From an uncultured delta proteobacterium (GTDB lineage Bacteria; Desulfobacterota; Binatia; UBA9968), in assembly GCA_963771465.1 (NCBI GenBank), contig CAVYTU010000011.1:216581-280580 (forward strand): DNA of 64,000 nt, written 5' to 3'. Each line of letters opens with the position of its first letter. Within the stretch, counting starts at the first letter, position 1. Shown one piece after another: positions 10,110-21,436 of the stretch. The translations under genes were made by a program, and so were the position numbers. The notes under the pieces were generated by a model. It saw only the letters and a list, made by a program, of their open reading frames with translations, did not search any database and had not been told where the DNA came from.

Positions 10110-10470
10110 TCACGCCGCCGCGGGCAAACAGGTCCAGAGTTTTTGCCACCACTTGCCGTCGCCGGCATCGGCGGTGCGCAAATTCATCTGATTTCGGATA
10201 TCCATGGACGTGACGAAAACATCGCGGGCGCCGCCCATCGGAGGCATGACGGGACGGCGTCCACGACCCGGGACGAATTCAGGAGACGTCTCTTTTGACG
10301 AAAAGACGCCCAGGCTACGAAGCTCTTCAAAGGAAAGCGGATCGGCGGCGCAGGGATCGCACCAATTCATATCCCAAGCAAACTCGGTGACTACCGCGCG
10401 CATATCGGCCTTCTTGACCTGTTGCTCAAACATATCCCGGTAGAAATCCTTGAAACGAGTTTTGACGCAA
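10110..10470 (-). pseudogene. Internal fragment of a DUF2330-like protein
   Basis: AVVTEFAWDMNWCDPCAADPLSFEELRSLGV; no plausible full-length ORF. Confidence 0.55.
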
Positions 10471-10981
10471 ACGGGGAGATCCGTAAAAATCGCAAAAACT
10501 GTGGGCGGGACCGGTATTAGCCGACCGGCCGAGCTGCACTGCGAGGGATAAGCCGATTTTGGTCACGGAAAGCTCCACTTTGCTGTACCAACTTTATTAG
10601 ACTGTCCCAACGATATTTTGTTCCAGGAAACTGGTAGTCGACGGCTGGCATTAAAATGGAAACATTCGCTAGCCAGCAGAGTAGACCGTTGGTCTGATAG
10701 AGCCCGACCTGCAATGGAGGCAGCGCCGGCGGCGTTTAAATGATAGGTCTGCCGGTAAAGCTTCGGCACCTACCATCGAGCGAAAGAATATTGTCAATCC
10801 GCTAGCCTGTTTGCGCGCTATTCGCCAACATAAACACGGCGAAATTCTTGGCTTGACGAAGGTGACAAGGGTTCAGTAGATTGTGACTGGCTGCTCGAAG
10901 ATCGGCATGACAAGAACCCGAGTAGACGCGAGCGGTCATGCAGTGGACGCCAAATCTTTCTCAAACTGAAAGGAGACAGTC

Positions 10982-12094
10982 ATGTTCGTATGTCTATCGC
11001 CTGGCGGTCAGTCGCTCACCAGCGGCGAGTCGCAAAAAGATAAATTGTTGGTCGGCACGGTCGGCGGAATATTCTCATTTCAAAAAAGTGGCGCTGCTTG
11101 GGCGCAGCAAGACACCATGGTGCCGGGGAAACATTTCAGCTCGATTATTTTCGAGCCGACGACCCAGACGCTTTTTGGTGGCACTTACAGCGGTGAAATT
11201 TACGCTAGCGCCGACTTGGGAAAAACTTGGGAACGGCGTGACAACGGCATCGGCGAAAAAGAGATCTATTCGCTCGCGACTCAAGTGGTCAACGGCAAGC
11301 CACGCGTTTACGCGGGCACCCAGCCGGCGCATTTATTTTACAGCGACGATCTCGGCAAGAGCTGGACGGAGTTGCCTGGACTGCGCCAAGTGCCAGGCGT
11401 GGAGAAGTGGACTTTTCCCGGCGAGCCGCATCTGGCGCACGCCAAGAGCATCACCTTTCATCCGAAGGACGCCAACATTATTTACGTCGCCGTGGAAGTC
11501 GGCGGCTTCTTACGCACTACCGACGGCGGTAAAACTTGGACGACCGTCGACAGCATCAATCCGGACGCGCACCGAGTTTTGGTGCCGACCAACGATCCGA
11601 GCAAACTCTACGGCACGGCGCCGACAACCAATTGCGGTCCCGACACGGTGGCGGGCTTCTGCGTCAGCAGCGACGGCGGCGCGAATTGGCAGAGCATCAC
11701 GCCGCGCGACTTCCGCATCGGCTATGTCGATCCGTTCTTCGTCCATCCCAAAGATCCGAATCTATTGTTCGTTGCCGGCGCCAAGACCGGTCCGGGCACT
11801 TGGCGTAAGCTGCACACCGCCGACGCGCGCGTCGCGCGCAGCCGCGACGGCGGCAAGACTTGGGATATGCTGAGCGGCGGGTTGCCTGACCATATCCGCG
11901 CCAATATCGAAGGCATGGCGATGGACGTGTGGAACGGCGGTTACGCGATTTTCGCCGGCACCACCGACGGCGATATTTTCTACAGCCAAGACGAAGGCGA
12001 ACATTGGCAGACCATCATCAAGGGCATCGGCGCGGTCTCCAAATCACACCACTACGTCAATCTGTCACTCGATGAACAGGCGGCGCATCATTAG
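10982..12094 (+). CDS. BNR/Asp-box repeat beta-propeller (glycosyl hydrolase-like) protein
   Basis: Repeated SxDxGxTW motifs; AGGAG RBS. Confidence 0.8.
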   Translation: MFVCLSPGGQSLTSGESQKDKLLVGTVGGIFSFQKSGAAWAQQDTMVPGKHFSSIIFEPTTQTLFGGTYSGEIYASADLGKTWERRDNGIGEKEIYSLATQVVNGKPRVYAGTQPAHLFYSDDLGKSWTELPGLRQVPGVEKWTFPGEPHLAHAKSITFHPKDANIIYVAVEVGGFLRTTDGGKTWTTVDSINPDAHRVLVPTNDPSKLYGTAPTTNCGPDTVAGFCVSSDGGANWQSITPRDFRIGYVDPFFVHPKDPNLLFVAGAKTGPGTWRKLHTADARVARSRDGGKTWDMLSGGLPDHIRANIEGMAMDVWNGGYAIFAGTTDGDIFYSQDEGEHWQTIIKGIGAVSKSHHYVNLSLDEQAAHH

Positions 12095-12121
12095 TCGATC
12101 GAAGGCATGTAGTTGGAATAC

Positions 12122-12156
12122 AAAAGGGGCACGGCGTACCGTGCCCCTTTTTATTT
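12122..12156 (+). terminator. Intrinsic terminator
   Basis: AAAAGGGGCACGG-CGTA-CCGTGCCCCTTTTT. Confidence 0.85.
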
Positions 12157-12342
12157 GTTTTTACTTTAGCCCTTGGCGACGCGCGAGGGAGAATCTTTTT
12201 TCTAAACCTGCATTATCTCCGGCAAAGGCTCAGAGGCCCGAACCTGGGGCTTTATATCTCACGCACTTTGGGACCTGATATCATTCCTTGACGCTCGGCA
12301 ACGACCTAGCGTACAAATCACAAGTCTGATTTCGATCTGTCG

Positions 12343-15300
12343 ATGGCAACCACGACAAAAAAGGGTGCGAAGAAATCCACGGCGAAGCCGCGCCGGAAGG
12401 CGGCGAAAAAGTCGCGCCCGGAGAAGGCGCCAGAAGTTCCTGCGCTAAGGCGTGAGCTCGCCGAGGCTTTGGAGCAGCAGACGGCGACCAGGGAAATCCT
12501 GCGCATGATCGCGCGCGCGCCGGCGGATCTTCAGTTGGTGATGGATACGATTGCGGAGAGTGCTGCCCGCTTGTGTGATGCCAAGGATGCTTTGATATTT
12601 CGCGTTGAGGGTGATGTTCAGCAACGCGTGGCGGTATATGGAGCAATGCCAACGACAGCTATCGGAATTCGTGGCATTACTCGCGGGACTCCCGTGGGCC
12701 GAGCTATCATCGATCGGCAGACCATTCACGTAGATGACATCGCGGCAGAGATTGAAACAGAGTTCTCAGAATACCGGGCTGTTCAAAAAGCCACCGGCAT
12801 TAGAACCGCGCTCACCACACCGCTTATGCGCGACGGTGTGCCGATCGGTGTGATTAACATCCGCCGTATGGAAGTGCGCCCGTTTACAGACAAGCAAATC
12901 AAGCTACTCGAGACCTTCGCCGATCAAGCAGTAATCGCGATCGAGAACGCCCGGCTCATTCACGAACAACAGGCGCGCAATCGGGATTTGGCCGAGGCTT
13001 TGGAGCAGCAGATAGCGACGGCGGAGATACTTGGTGTGATCGCCAGTTCACCGACCGACTTAAAACCGGTGCTGGCAACCATAACCGAGCGCGCCGCGCG
13101 GGTTTGCGGTGCGGAAGATGCCGTCATGCGGCTCGTCGAGGGGAACGTCATGCGCTTGGCGGCGCATTATGGACCGGTGTCCGATGTCGCGGTGGAGCGG
13201 CCGATCAATCGACAATCACCACCTGGCCGGGCCGTGGTGGACCGGGAAATCATCCACGTCGAGAACATTCAGCTTGTAATAGCTACGGAATACCCCGAGG
13301 TTGCGGAGACTAACAGACGTGTCGGCGGCCGAACGGTGCTAGCTGTGCCATTGATGCGAGAAGGAGTCGCTCTCGGCGTCATTCATTTCCGCCGTCTCGA
13401 AGTTCGTCCGTTTTCGGAAAAACAGATCGCGCAACTCAAGAGTTTCGCCGACCAAGCCGTCATAGCCATCGAGAACGTTCGGCTGTTCCAAGAACTCCAA
13501 GTGCGCAACCGCGACCTGACCGAAGCGTTGGAACAACAGACAGCGACGGGTAAAATTCTCGAGGTCATCGCCAGCTCGCCAACGGAAATTCAACCTGTTC
13601 TCGATGCGATTGCTGACAGTGCCGCGCGACTTTGCGAGTCGCCAAGCGCGGTCATTTTTCGAGTAGACGGGGCGATTTTGCGACGTAGTGCAGCAGTAGG
13701 CGATATGCCTTCGGGAACCGTGGGCGAGGACTTGGCGATAGATCGGAACAGAATCGCCGGTCGCGCCATCGTCGACGTGCGGACCGTCCAAGTCGTGGAT
13801 ATGGCTGTCGAGGCGGGAACCGAATATCCGGCAAGCATTCAACGGCTGACAGGTACTCGAAGCGCATTGGCAACGCCGTTGATACGAGAAGGGGTCGCTA
13901 TTGGAGCTATTCTAATTCGCAGGACAGAGGTCAAACCTTTTACCGATAAGCAGATCGCACTACTAAAAACCTTCGCCGACCAAGCCGTGATCGCTATCGA
14001 GAACGTGCGGCTGTTTCAAGAACTTACCGAATCCTTGGAACAACAGACGGCTACCAGCGAGATTCTCGGCGTGATCGCCAGCTCGCCGACGGATATTCAG
14101 CCGGTGTTGGATGCCGTTGCGGAGAATGCGGCGCGGCTCTGCGATGCGATGGATGCGGTGATCTTTCGCCGCGATGGTAACGTCACTCGGCCTGTGGCGC
14201 GATATGGATCAATTCCTTTGGCGAGGCCAATAGGAGAAGTTTTTCCTGACACGAGGGGGTCGCCTCCCGGAAGGGCGATGCTCGACCGGAAAACGATTCA
14301 CGTCCATGACATCGCGGCAGAACTCGACTCGGAGTTTCCGGAAGCTAGAGTCCGCCATCAGGTTAGCGGTTCGCGCACGATACTCGCCACGCCGCTGGTT
14401 CGTGAAGATGTTTCCATCGGCGCGATCATGATTCGCCGAACCGAAGTTCGTCCCTTCTCGGAAAAGCAAATTAAACTTCTTGAGACCTTCGCCGACCAGG
14501 CGGTGATTGCCATCGAGAACGTGCGGCTGTTCAAGGAGATCCAGGAGCGCAACGCAGAGTTGCGCGAGGCGCTGGAGCATCAGACGGCGACCGCCGAGGT
14601 GCTCGGCATCATCAGCCGCTCGCCGACGGACGTGCAGCCGGTGCTCGACGCCATCGTCGAGAGCGCCGCGCGGGTTTGTGGGATTGATGACGTGGTGCTG
14701 CGGCTTCACGAGGGGAACGTCATGATTCCGCGGGCCCATTTTGGTTCGATACCTATCGGCCGCGTCGAAATCAGTGTCGATGAGCCGCAAGTTCGCTGGA
14801 TGCGCGAGCATGGCACGCTCCACGTTCCCGACGCCCAGGCGCAAAACGAGTTTCCAACGATGGGTTCAGTCAACAACGTCCGCACCTACTTAATCGTTCC
14901 CCTTCGTCAACAGGGAGAACTCATTGGAATATTGATCGCACGTCGCACTGAGGTGCGGCCCTTCACCCCGGCGCAGATCAAGCTGCTCGAAACCTTCGCC
15001 GATCAAGCGGTGATCGCCATCGAGAACGTCCGGCTGTTCCAAGAGCTCACCGAAGCGTTGGAGCAGCAGACCGCGACGAGTGAAATTCTTGGGCGTCATC
15101 GCGAGCTCACCGACCGAAATTCAGCCGGTGTTAAATGTGGTGGCGGAGAATGCAGCGCGGCTGTGTGATGCAGATGATGCTCTAGATTCTACCGGGTGGA
15201 AGGCGAGCTTAAGCGCAATGTCGCCAACATGGGAACCTACCGAGCGAAATAACCGTCGGGGAGGCGCGAGCCATTAAGCCGTGGCTCGGTCAGTGGCCGC

Positions 15301-18300
15301 GCCATTCTCGATCGAAAAATTATCCACGTTCAAAACATGATGGCAGAGAGTGAACAGGACTTTGCCGATGCCTGGCGCACTGACGAGCGCCTAGGAATTC
15401 GCACATCGCTCGCGGTACCGCTGTTGCGCGAAGGCGTCGCCGTCGGCGCGATAATGATCCGCCGTACGGAAGTCCGGCCGTTCAGCGAAAAGCAGATCGC
15501 ACTGCTGCAAACCTTCGCCGACCAAGCAGTCATCGCCATCGAGAACGTGCGCTTATTCAAGGAACTCGGCGAGCGCAACGCGGAATTGCGCGAGGCTCTG
15601 GAGCATCAGACGGCGACGGCCGAGGTGCTTGGCATCATCAGCCGCTCGCCGACGGACGTGCAGCCGATCCTCGACGCCATCGTCGAGAGCGCCGCGCGGG
15701 TTTGTGGGATAGACGACGCGGTGCTGCGGCTTCGCGAGGGCGACACGATGACGGTGCGGGCTCATTTCGGACCCATACCGACTGGCCGTCCCCAGGTCGG
15801 CGTTGATGAGGCACAGTATCGTTGGATCCAGCGAGCGGGGCGCGCTCCATATTCCGGATCTCCACGCGCAGAATGAATTCCCAGGGGTAGGTTCCGCTGG
15901 ATATCGTACCTATTTGGCCGTTCCTCTTCTCCAGCAGCGGCAACTCATCGGCGTCCTGGCCGCGCGCCGCGTCGACGTGCACCCATTCACGCCGGCGCAG
16001 ATCAAGCTGCTTGAAACCTTCGCCGATCAGGCCGTGATCGCCATCGAGAACGTGCGGCTGTTCCAAGAGCTTACAGAATCGTTGGAGCAGCAAACTGCGA
16101 CGAGTCAAATCTTGGGCGTGATCGCCAGCTCGCCGACGGACATCCAACCCGTACTGGACACGATCGCAGCAAGCGCCGCGCAAATATGCGGTGCGGACGA
16201 TGCCGTCATCCGGCTTGTTGAAGGTAATGTCCTTTGCTTGAGAGCACACCAGGGTTCCATCCCATCTTTTTCACAAGCGCATGGAGCCGAGTCCGATTCC
16301 CTCGTTCGTGGTCGCGAGTGGATACCCGGCCGAGCGGTGCTCGATCGAGAGACGATTCATATTCATGACATTGCGGCAGTTGAAAATGAGTTTCCGGAGA
16401 CGCCGCGAGAGCCAGGCGGGCAGGGGTTCGCACGGCCCTCGCTGCACCGCTACTTCGCGAAGGCGCTGCGATCGGTGTAATTTTCATTCGACGAACCGAA
16501 GTCAACCCATTTACCGATAAACAGATATCACTGCTGAAAACCTTCGCCGACCAAGCCGTGATCGCGATCGAAAATGTGCGGCTGTTTCAAGGAACTCGGC
16601 GAGCGCAACGCGGAATTGCGCGAGGCGCTGGAGCATCAGACGGCGACGGCCGAGGTGCTCGGCATCATCAGCCGCTCGCCGACGGACGTGCAGCCGGTTC
16701 TCGACGCCATCGTCGAGAGCGCCGCCCGGGTTTGTGGGATTGATGACGTGGTGTTGCGACTCCGCGAGGGCAACGCTATGGTTTCGCGGGCTCATTTTGG
16801 TTCCATACCCATGGGCCGCATCGAGATCAGTATGGATGAGCCACAGTTTCGCTGGATGCGCGAGCATGGCACGCTCCACATTCCCGACGTCCGCGCGCAG
16901 AACGATTTCCCAATGGTGGGTTCCGCCGGCAGCTCGCGCACTATGTTGATCGTTCCCCTTCGTCAGCAGGGGGAATTCATTGGAGCACTGACCGCGCGTC
17001 GCATCGAGGTGCGCCCCTTCACCCCGGCGCAGATCAAGCTTCTTGAAACCTTCGCCGACCAAGCGGTTATCGCAATCGAGAACGTGCGGCTGTTTCAAGA
17101 ACTCAAAGAGTCATTGGAGCAGCAGACAGCGACGAGTGAAATCTTGGGTGTCATCGCCAGCTCACCGACAGATATCCAGCCGGTGTTGGATGTGGTCGCA
17201 GAAAACGCAGCACGGCTATGCGATGCAACCGACGCGGTGATTCATCGCATCGATGGCGACCAGCTTCGAGTAGTGGCTAATTTCGGTCCGTTGCCGGGAC
17301 GTGGAAATCTGCAATCGCTGCCAATAGACCGTGACTCTATACCCGGCAGAGCCATAATTGACCGGCAAACTTTTCACCTTGATGACCTGGCAGCATTGCC
17401 AAAGGATGACCTTCCAGCGGGCTTTGCCAGAAGTGTCGGTGTTCGGACGGTGCTGGCCACGCCGTTGCTGCGCGAGGGAATTCCCATCGGAGCGATTCAT
17501 ATCCGTCGTATGGAGGTCCGCCCGTTCACCGAGAAGCAGATCAAACTGCTCGAAACCTTTGCAGCCCAAGCCGTGATCGCCATTGAGAATGTCCGTCTGT
17601 TTAAAGAACTCGGCGAGCGCAACGCGGAATTGCGCGAGGCTCTGGAGCATCAGACGGCGACGGCCGAGGTGCTTGGCATTATCAGCCGCTCGCCGACGGA
17701 CGTGCAGCCGGTCCTGGACGCCATCGTCGAGAGCGCCGCGCGGGTTTGCGGGATCGATGACGTGCTGTTGCGACTCAACGAGAACGACTCTATGGTTTCG
17801 CGGGCTCATTTTGGTTCCATACCGATTAGCCGCGTCGAGATCGGTATTGATGAGCCACAGATTCACTGGATGCGCGAGCATGGCACGCTGCACATTCCCG
17901 ACTCTCGCGCGCAGAACGATTTTCCAATGTTGGGTGTCGTCGGCGGCTTTCGCACTTTGTTGGCCGTTCCCCTTCGTCAGCAGGGGAAACTCGTTGGATT
18001 ACTGAACGCGCGTCGCACCGAGGTGCGCCCCTTCACCCCGGCGCAGATCAAGCTGCTTGAAACCTTCGCCGACCAAGCGGTGATCGCCATCGAGAACGTC
18101 CGGCTGTTCCAAGAACTCACCGAAGCTTTGGAACAGCAGACTGCGACGAGTGAGAATATTGGGCGTCATCGCCAGCTCACCGACGGATATTCAGCCGGTG
18201 CTGGATGTGGTGGCCGAGAATGCGGCGCGGCTGTGCGACGCGACTGATGCTCATCATCATTCGCGTCGAGGGCGACATCCTACGAGTCGTCGCACCAATA

Positions 18301-20430
18301 CGGCTCAATGCCGGTGTCGCCGAACGTATCTACCACTGAGTCGGGGCATTGCCCGGTGGCCGGGCTATGATCGACCGGCAGACCATTCACATCCATGACA
18401 TCGCCGCGGAAGTCGAGACCGAGTTTCCGGAAGGCTAGAGTTGCTCAGCAACGTTCCGGTACTCGCACCGTACTTAACACGCCGTTGCTACGCGAAGGCG
18501 TAGCGATTGGTCGATCCTGATTCGCCGAACCGAAGTTCGCCCTTTTCAGAGAAACAGATCGCTCTGCTCGAAACATTTGCTGACCAGGCTGTCATCGCCA
18601 TCGAGAACGTCCGGCTGTTCAACGAGCTCGATACCCGCAACCGTCAGCTCACCGAAGCGTTGGAGCAGCAGACGGCGACGAGCGAGATCCTGCGCGTGAT
18701 CGCCAGCTCGCCGACGGATATTCAGCCGGTGCTGGATGTGGTGGCGGAAAACGCGGCGAGACTGTGCGACGCACCGATGCTGATATTTACCGTCGTGAAG
18801 GCAGCGACTATCGGATCGTGGCCGCGCGTGGAAATATGCCGATACCTCGGCCGACAGAGGCTCGTACCGCTCATCCGTGGCTTGCCTCCTGGACGAGCGA
18901 TCGATCGACCGGCAGCCCATCCATATTCATGACTGTCGAGTGCGGAAGCTCAGCAGAATTCCCCGAAGCCAAGGCAATGGTCAAAAACCACTCGGTCTCC
19001 GGACTGTTCTTGGCCGTGCCCTTACTTCGTGAAGGCATTGCGATCGGGGCGATCCTAATTCGTCGCAATGAGGTTCGACCTTTCAGCGATAAGCAGATCG
19101 CGCTACTCGAAACATTCGCTGATCAAGCCGTCATCGCCATCGAGAACGTGCGGCTGTTCCAAGAATTGCAAGAGCGAACGCAGCGAACTGATGGAGTCGG
19201 TCGAAGAAATGAAAGCGCTGGGCGAAGTCGGCCAGGCGGTGAGCTCGACGCTCGATCTCGAAACCGTGCTCGAAACCATCGTCGCACGCGCGGTCGATCT
19301 GTCGGGAACCGATTGCGGTGTCATTTACGAGTACGACGAAGCACGCAAGAGTTTTATTTGCGCGCAAGCCACGACATGGAAGCTGAGGCTGTCGAGAGGC
19401 TGCGAGCAGGCGCGAATTCGATTGAGTGAGAGGCGACTGCGGGTCAAGCGGCGCTCACTCGCGCGCCGGTGCAGAACGCGGATACTTGGATCAGCGTGAG
19501 ACGTCCGGCTTCGCGCGATCCGGCCGACTGCTGACGCGGCTCGGTTATCGTTCTCTTCTACCGTGCCGCTCTTGCGCGAGCAGCAGATTGTGGGCGCGTT
19601 GACGGTCTGGCGGCGGCAAGTCGGGGAATTCGATCCCGAAGTCGATGAATCTGCTGCAAACCTTCGCGACCCAATCGGCTCTGGCGATCCATAACGCGCG
19701 GCTGTTCCGCGAGATCGGCGACAAAAACCGCGAGATCGAAGCGGCCAATCGGCACAAGTCGGAGTTTCTCGCCAACGTGTCACACGAGCTGCGCACGCCG
19801 CTGAACGCGATCATCGGCTTTTCGGAAGTGCTATTGGAAAAATTCTTCGGCGAGCTAAACGACAAGCAGAACGAATATGTCGATGACATTCTTTCTTCCG
19901 GGCGCCATTTGCTGTCGCTGATCAACGACATCCTCGATCTGTCCAAGGTCGAAGCCGGGCGGATGGAGTTGGAAGTGACGCCCTTTTTCTTGCCGGATGC
20001 GATCGAGAACGCGCTACTGCTCGTGCGCGAGCGCGCCAGCCGGCATGGGATCAAACTTGATCGCGTCGTCGACGACCGCCTCGGCGACTTCACCGGCGAC
20101 GAGCGCAAGGTGAAACAGATTCTCGTCAACCTGCTGACCAACGCGGTAAAGTTCACGCCGGAGGGCGGACAAATTCGGGTGGAAGCTAGATTGGGCGACC
20201 GCGCGATAATCGTTTCTGTTATCGACACGGGAATTGGCATCGCCAAGGAAGATCAGGAGGCGATCTTCGAAGAGTTCCGCCAAGCCGGCGGCAACTACGC
20301 ACACAAGCGCGAAGGCACGGGACTGGGTTTAACTTTGACGAAACGCTTCATCGAAATGCACGGCGGCAAAATCTGGGTCGAGAGCGAGGTGGGGAAAGGA
20401 AGTACTTTTACATTCACGTTACCGACATAG
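12343..20430 (+). CDS. Giant cytoplasmic sensor histidine kinase with 14 GAF repeats plus HisKA/HATPase (~2,690 aa), broken by many indels
   Basis: 14 copies of the (T/S)[18 protein letters not shown] motif across frames; C-terminal [31 protein letters not shown]; no transmembrane segment seen. Confidence 0.8.
14545..18110 (+). repeat. Four copies of one GAF subtype ([18 protein letters not shown]..) at ~1.02 kb period
   Basis: Copies start at 14545, 15571, 16601 and 17615, alternating with more divergent GAFs. Confidence 0.9.
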
Positions 20431-20466
20431 TGAGTGTGGCAGGTCTGTATGCTGGAAGGACTTATT

Positions 20467-20913
20467 CACCACGAAGGACACGAAGGTCACGAAGGGAAGA
20501 CAAAGACGATAGTGAAATTTGATGACTTATCAAACAAGTTCATCGGTTGTGCCATCGAGGTCCACCGCGAGCTTGGGCCTGGTTTGCTTGAATCAACTTA
20601 CGAACAGTGCCTCGCTTATGAACTCAACCGAGCCAAGATTCCATTCAAACTTCAAGTGGAGTTGCCCGTTGAGTACAAAGAAATCCGGCTTGACTGTGGA
20701 TACAGAATTGATCTGCTGGTCGACGATCGTTTGATCGTTGAATTGAAAAGCGTCGATCAGTTGCTCAAAATTCATGAAGCACAGGTGTTAACCTACATGA
20801 AACTCGCTGCGATTGGAGTCGGCTTACTGATCAACTTTAACGTTGATGTATTGAGAAGAGGTATTAGAAGATTTGTTTTCTGAACCTTCGTGTCCTTCGT
20901 GACCTTCGTGGTG
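20467..20913. mobile_element. Putative GxxExxY cassette bounded by 29-bp inverted repeats built from 9-bp units
   Basis: Left 20467-20495 CACCACGAAGGACACGAAGGTCACGAAGG; right 20885-20913 matches its reverse complement at 27/29; sits between the kinase and its regulator; mobility is inferred. Confidence 0.55.
20512..20883 (+). CDS. GxxExxY protein (PD-(D/E)XK nuclease-like)
   Basis: HRELGPGLLESTYEQCL, RIDLLV..IVELKS, QVLTY, GLLINF; GTG start at 20512 inferred. Confidence 0.92.
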   Translation: MKFDDLSNKFIGCAIEVHRELGPGLLESTYEQCLAYELNRAKIPFKLQVELPVEYKEIRLDCGYRIDLLVDDRLIVELKSVDQLLKIHEAQVLTYMKLAAIGVGLLINFNVDVLRRGIRRFVF

Positions 20914-20978
20914 GACAAAATCAAAACACCCGGAGCGATTCTGCTTCACAGTAGACAACCGTGGTCAAGGAGAAGTCC

Positions 20979-21362
20979 GTGGCGAATGAACTGATTTTGA
21001 TCATCGAGGATAACGAGAAGAACCGTAAGCTCTGCCGCGATGTGTTGCAGGTGAAAGGTTATCGGACCATCGAGTCTGAGACCGCGGAAATAGGGCTTGA
21101 TCTCGCGCGCGGTCAAACGCCGGATTTGATTCTCATGGACATCCAGCTGCCCGGCATGGACGGCATCACGGCGATGAAGCAGCTCAAGGCTGATGCGCAG
21201 ACGAAAACCATCCCCATCATCGCGATCACCGCGTCGGCGATGACCAACAATCGGACAAGTATGCTTGCCGAAGGATTCGACGGCTACCAGACCAAGCCGA
21301 TCGCGTTGAAAGACTTTCTCGGCGAAGTGGAACGTGCGCTGGCGGCGCGGGGGAACTCGTAA
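20979..21362 (+). CDS. Single-domain response regulator (DivK-like)
   Basis: IIEDN, DLILMDIQLPGMDG, TASAM, TKP; AAGGAG RBS. Confidence 0.9.
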   Translation: MANELILIIEDNEKNRKLCRDVLQVKGYRTIESETAEIGLDLARGQTPDLILMDIQLPGMDGITAMKQLKADAQTKTIPIIAITASAMTNNRTSMLAEGFDGYQTKPIALKDFLGEVERALAARGNS

Positions 21363-21436
21363 GTCGTCAGGGTAAGGGGTGAGCATCCTCGCTTTCGCCA
21401 AAACCCGAACCGTTTACTCATAATCGAATCACAATC

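Noticed and set aside
10470-10980. Short minus-strand ORFs 10517-10714 and 10563-10769
   Set aside because: No motifs or RBS; probably decayed or non-coding sequence.
14545-18110. A complete DGR in this window
   Set aside because: No reverse transcriptase, avd gene or non-coding template repeat was found; kept only as a hypothesis of action in trans.
15080-19650. Programmed frameshifting or phase variation in the kinase
   Set aside because: The indels are numerous, lack a shared slippery or SSR motif, and similar ones break unrelated genes; sequencing error is simpler.
12343-19700. Recurrent near-identical DNA segments as a CRISPR array
   Set aside because: The period is ~500 nt, the repeats encode GAF linker helices, and no cas genes are present.
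20434-20511. His-rich HHEGHEGHEG N-terminus on GxxExxY
   Set aside because: It is the translation of the 9-bp DNA repeat; the start is more likely GTG 20512.
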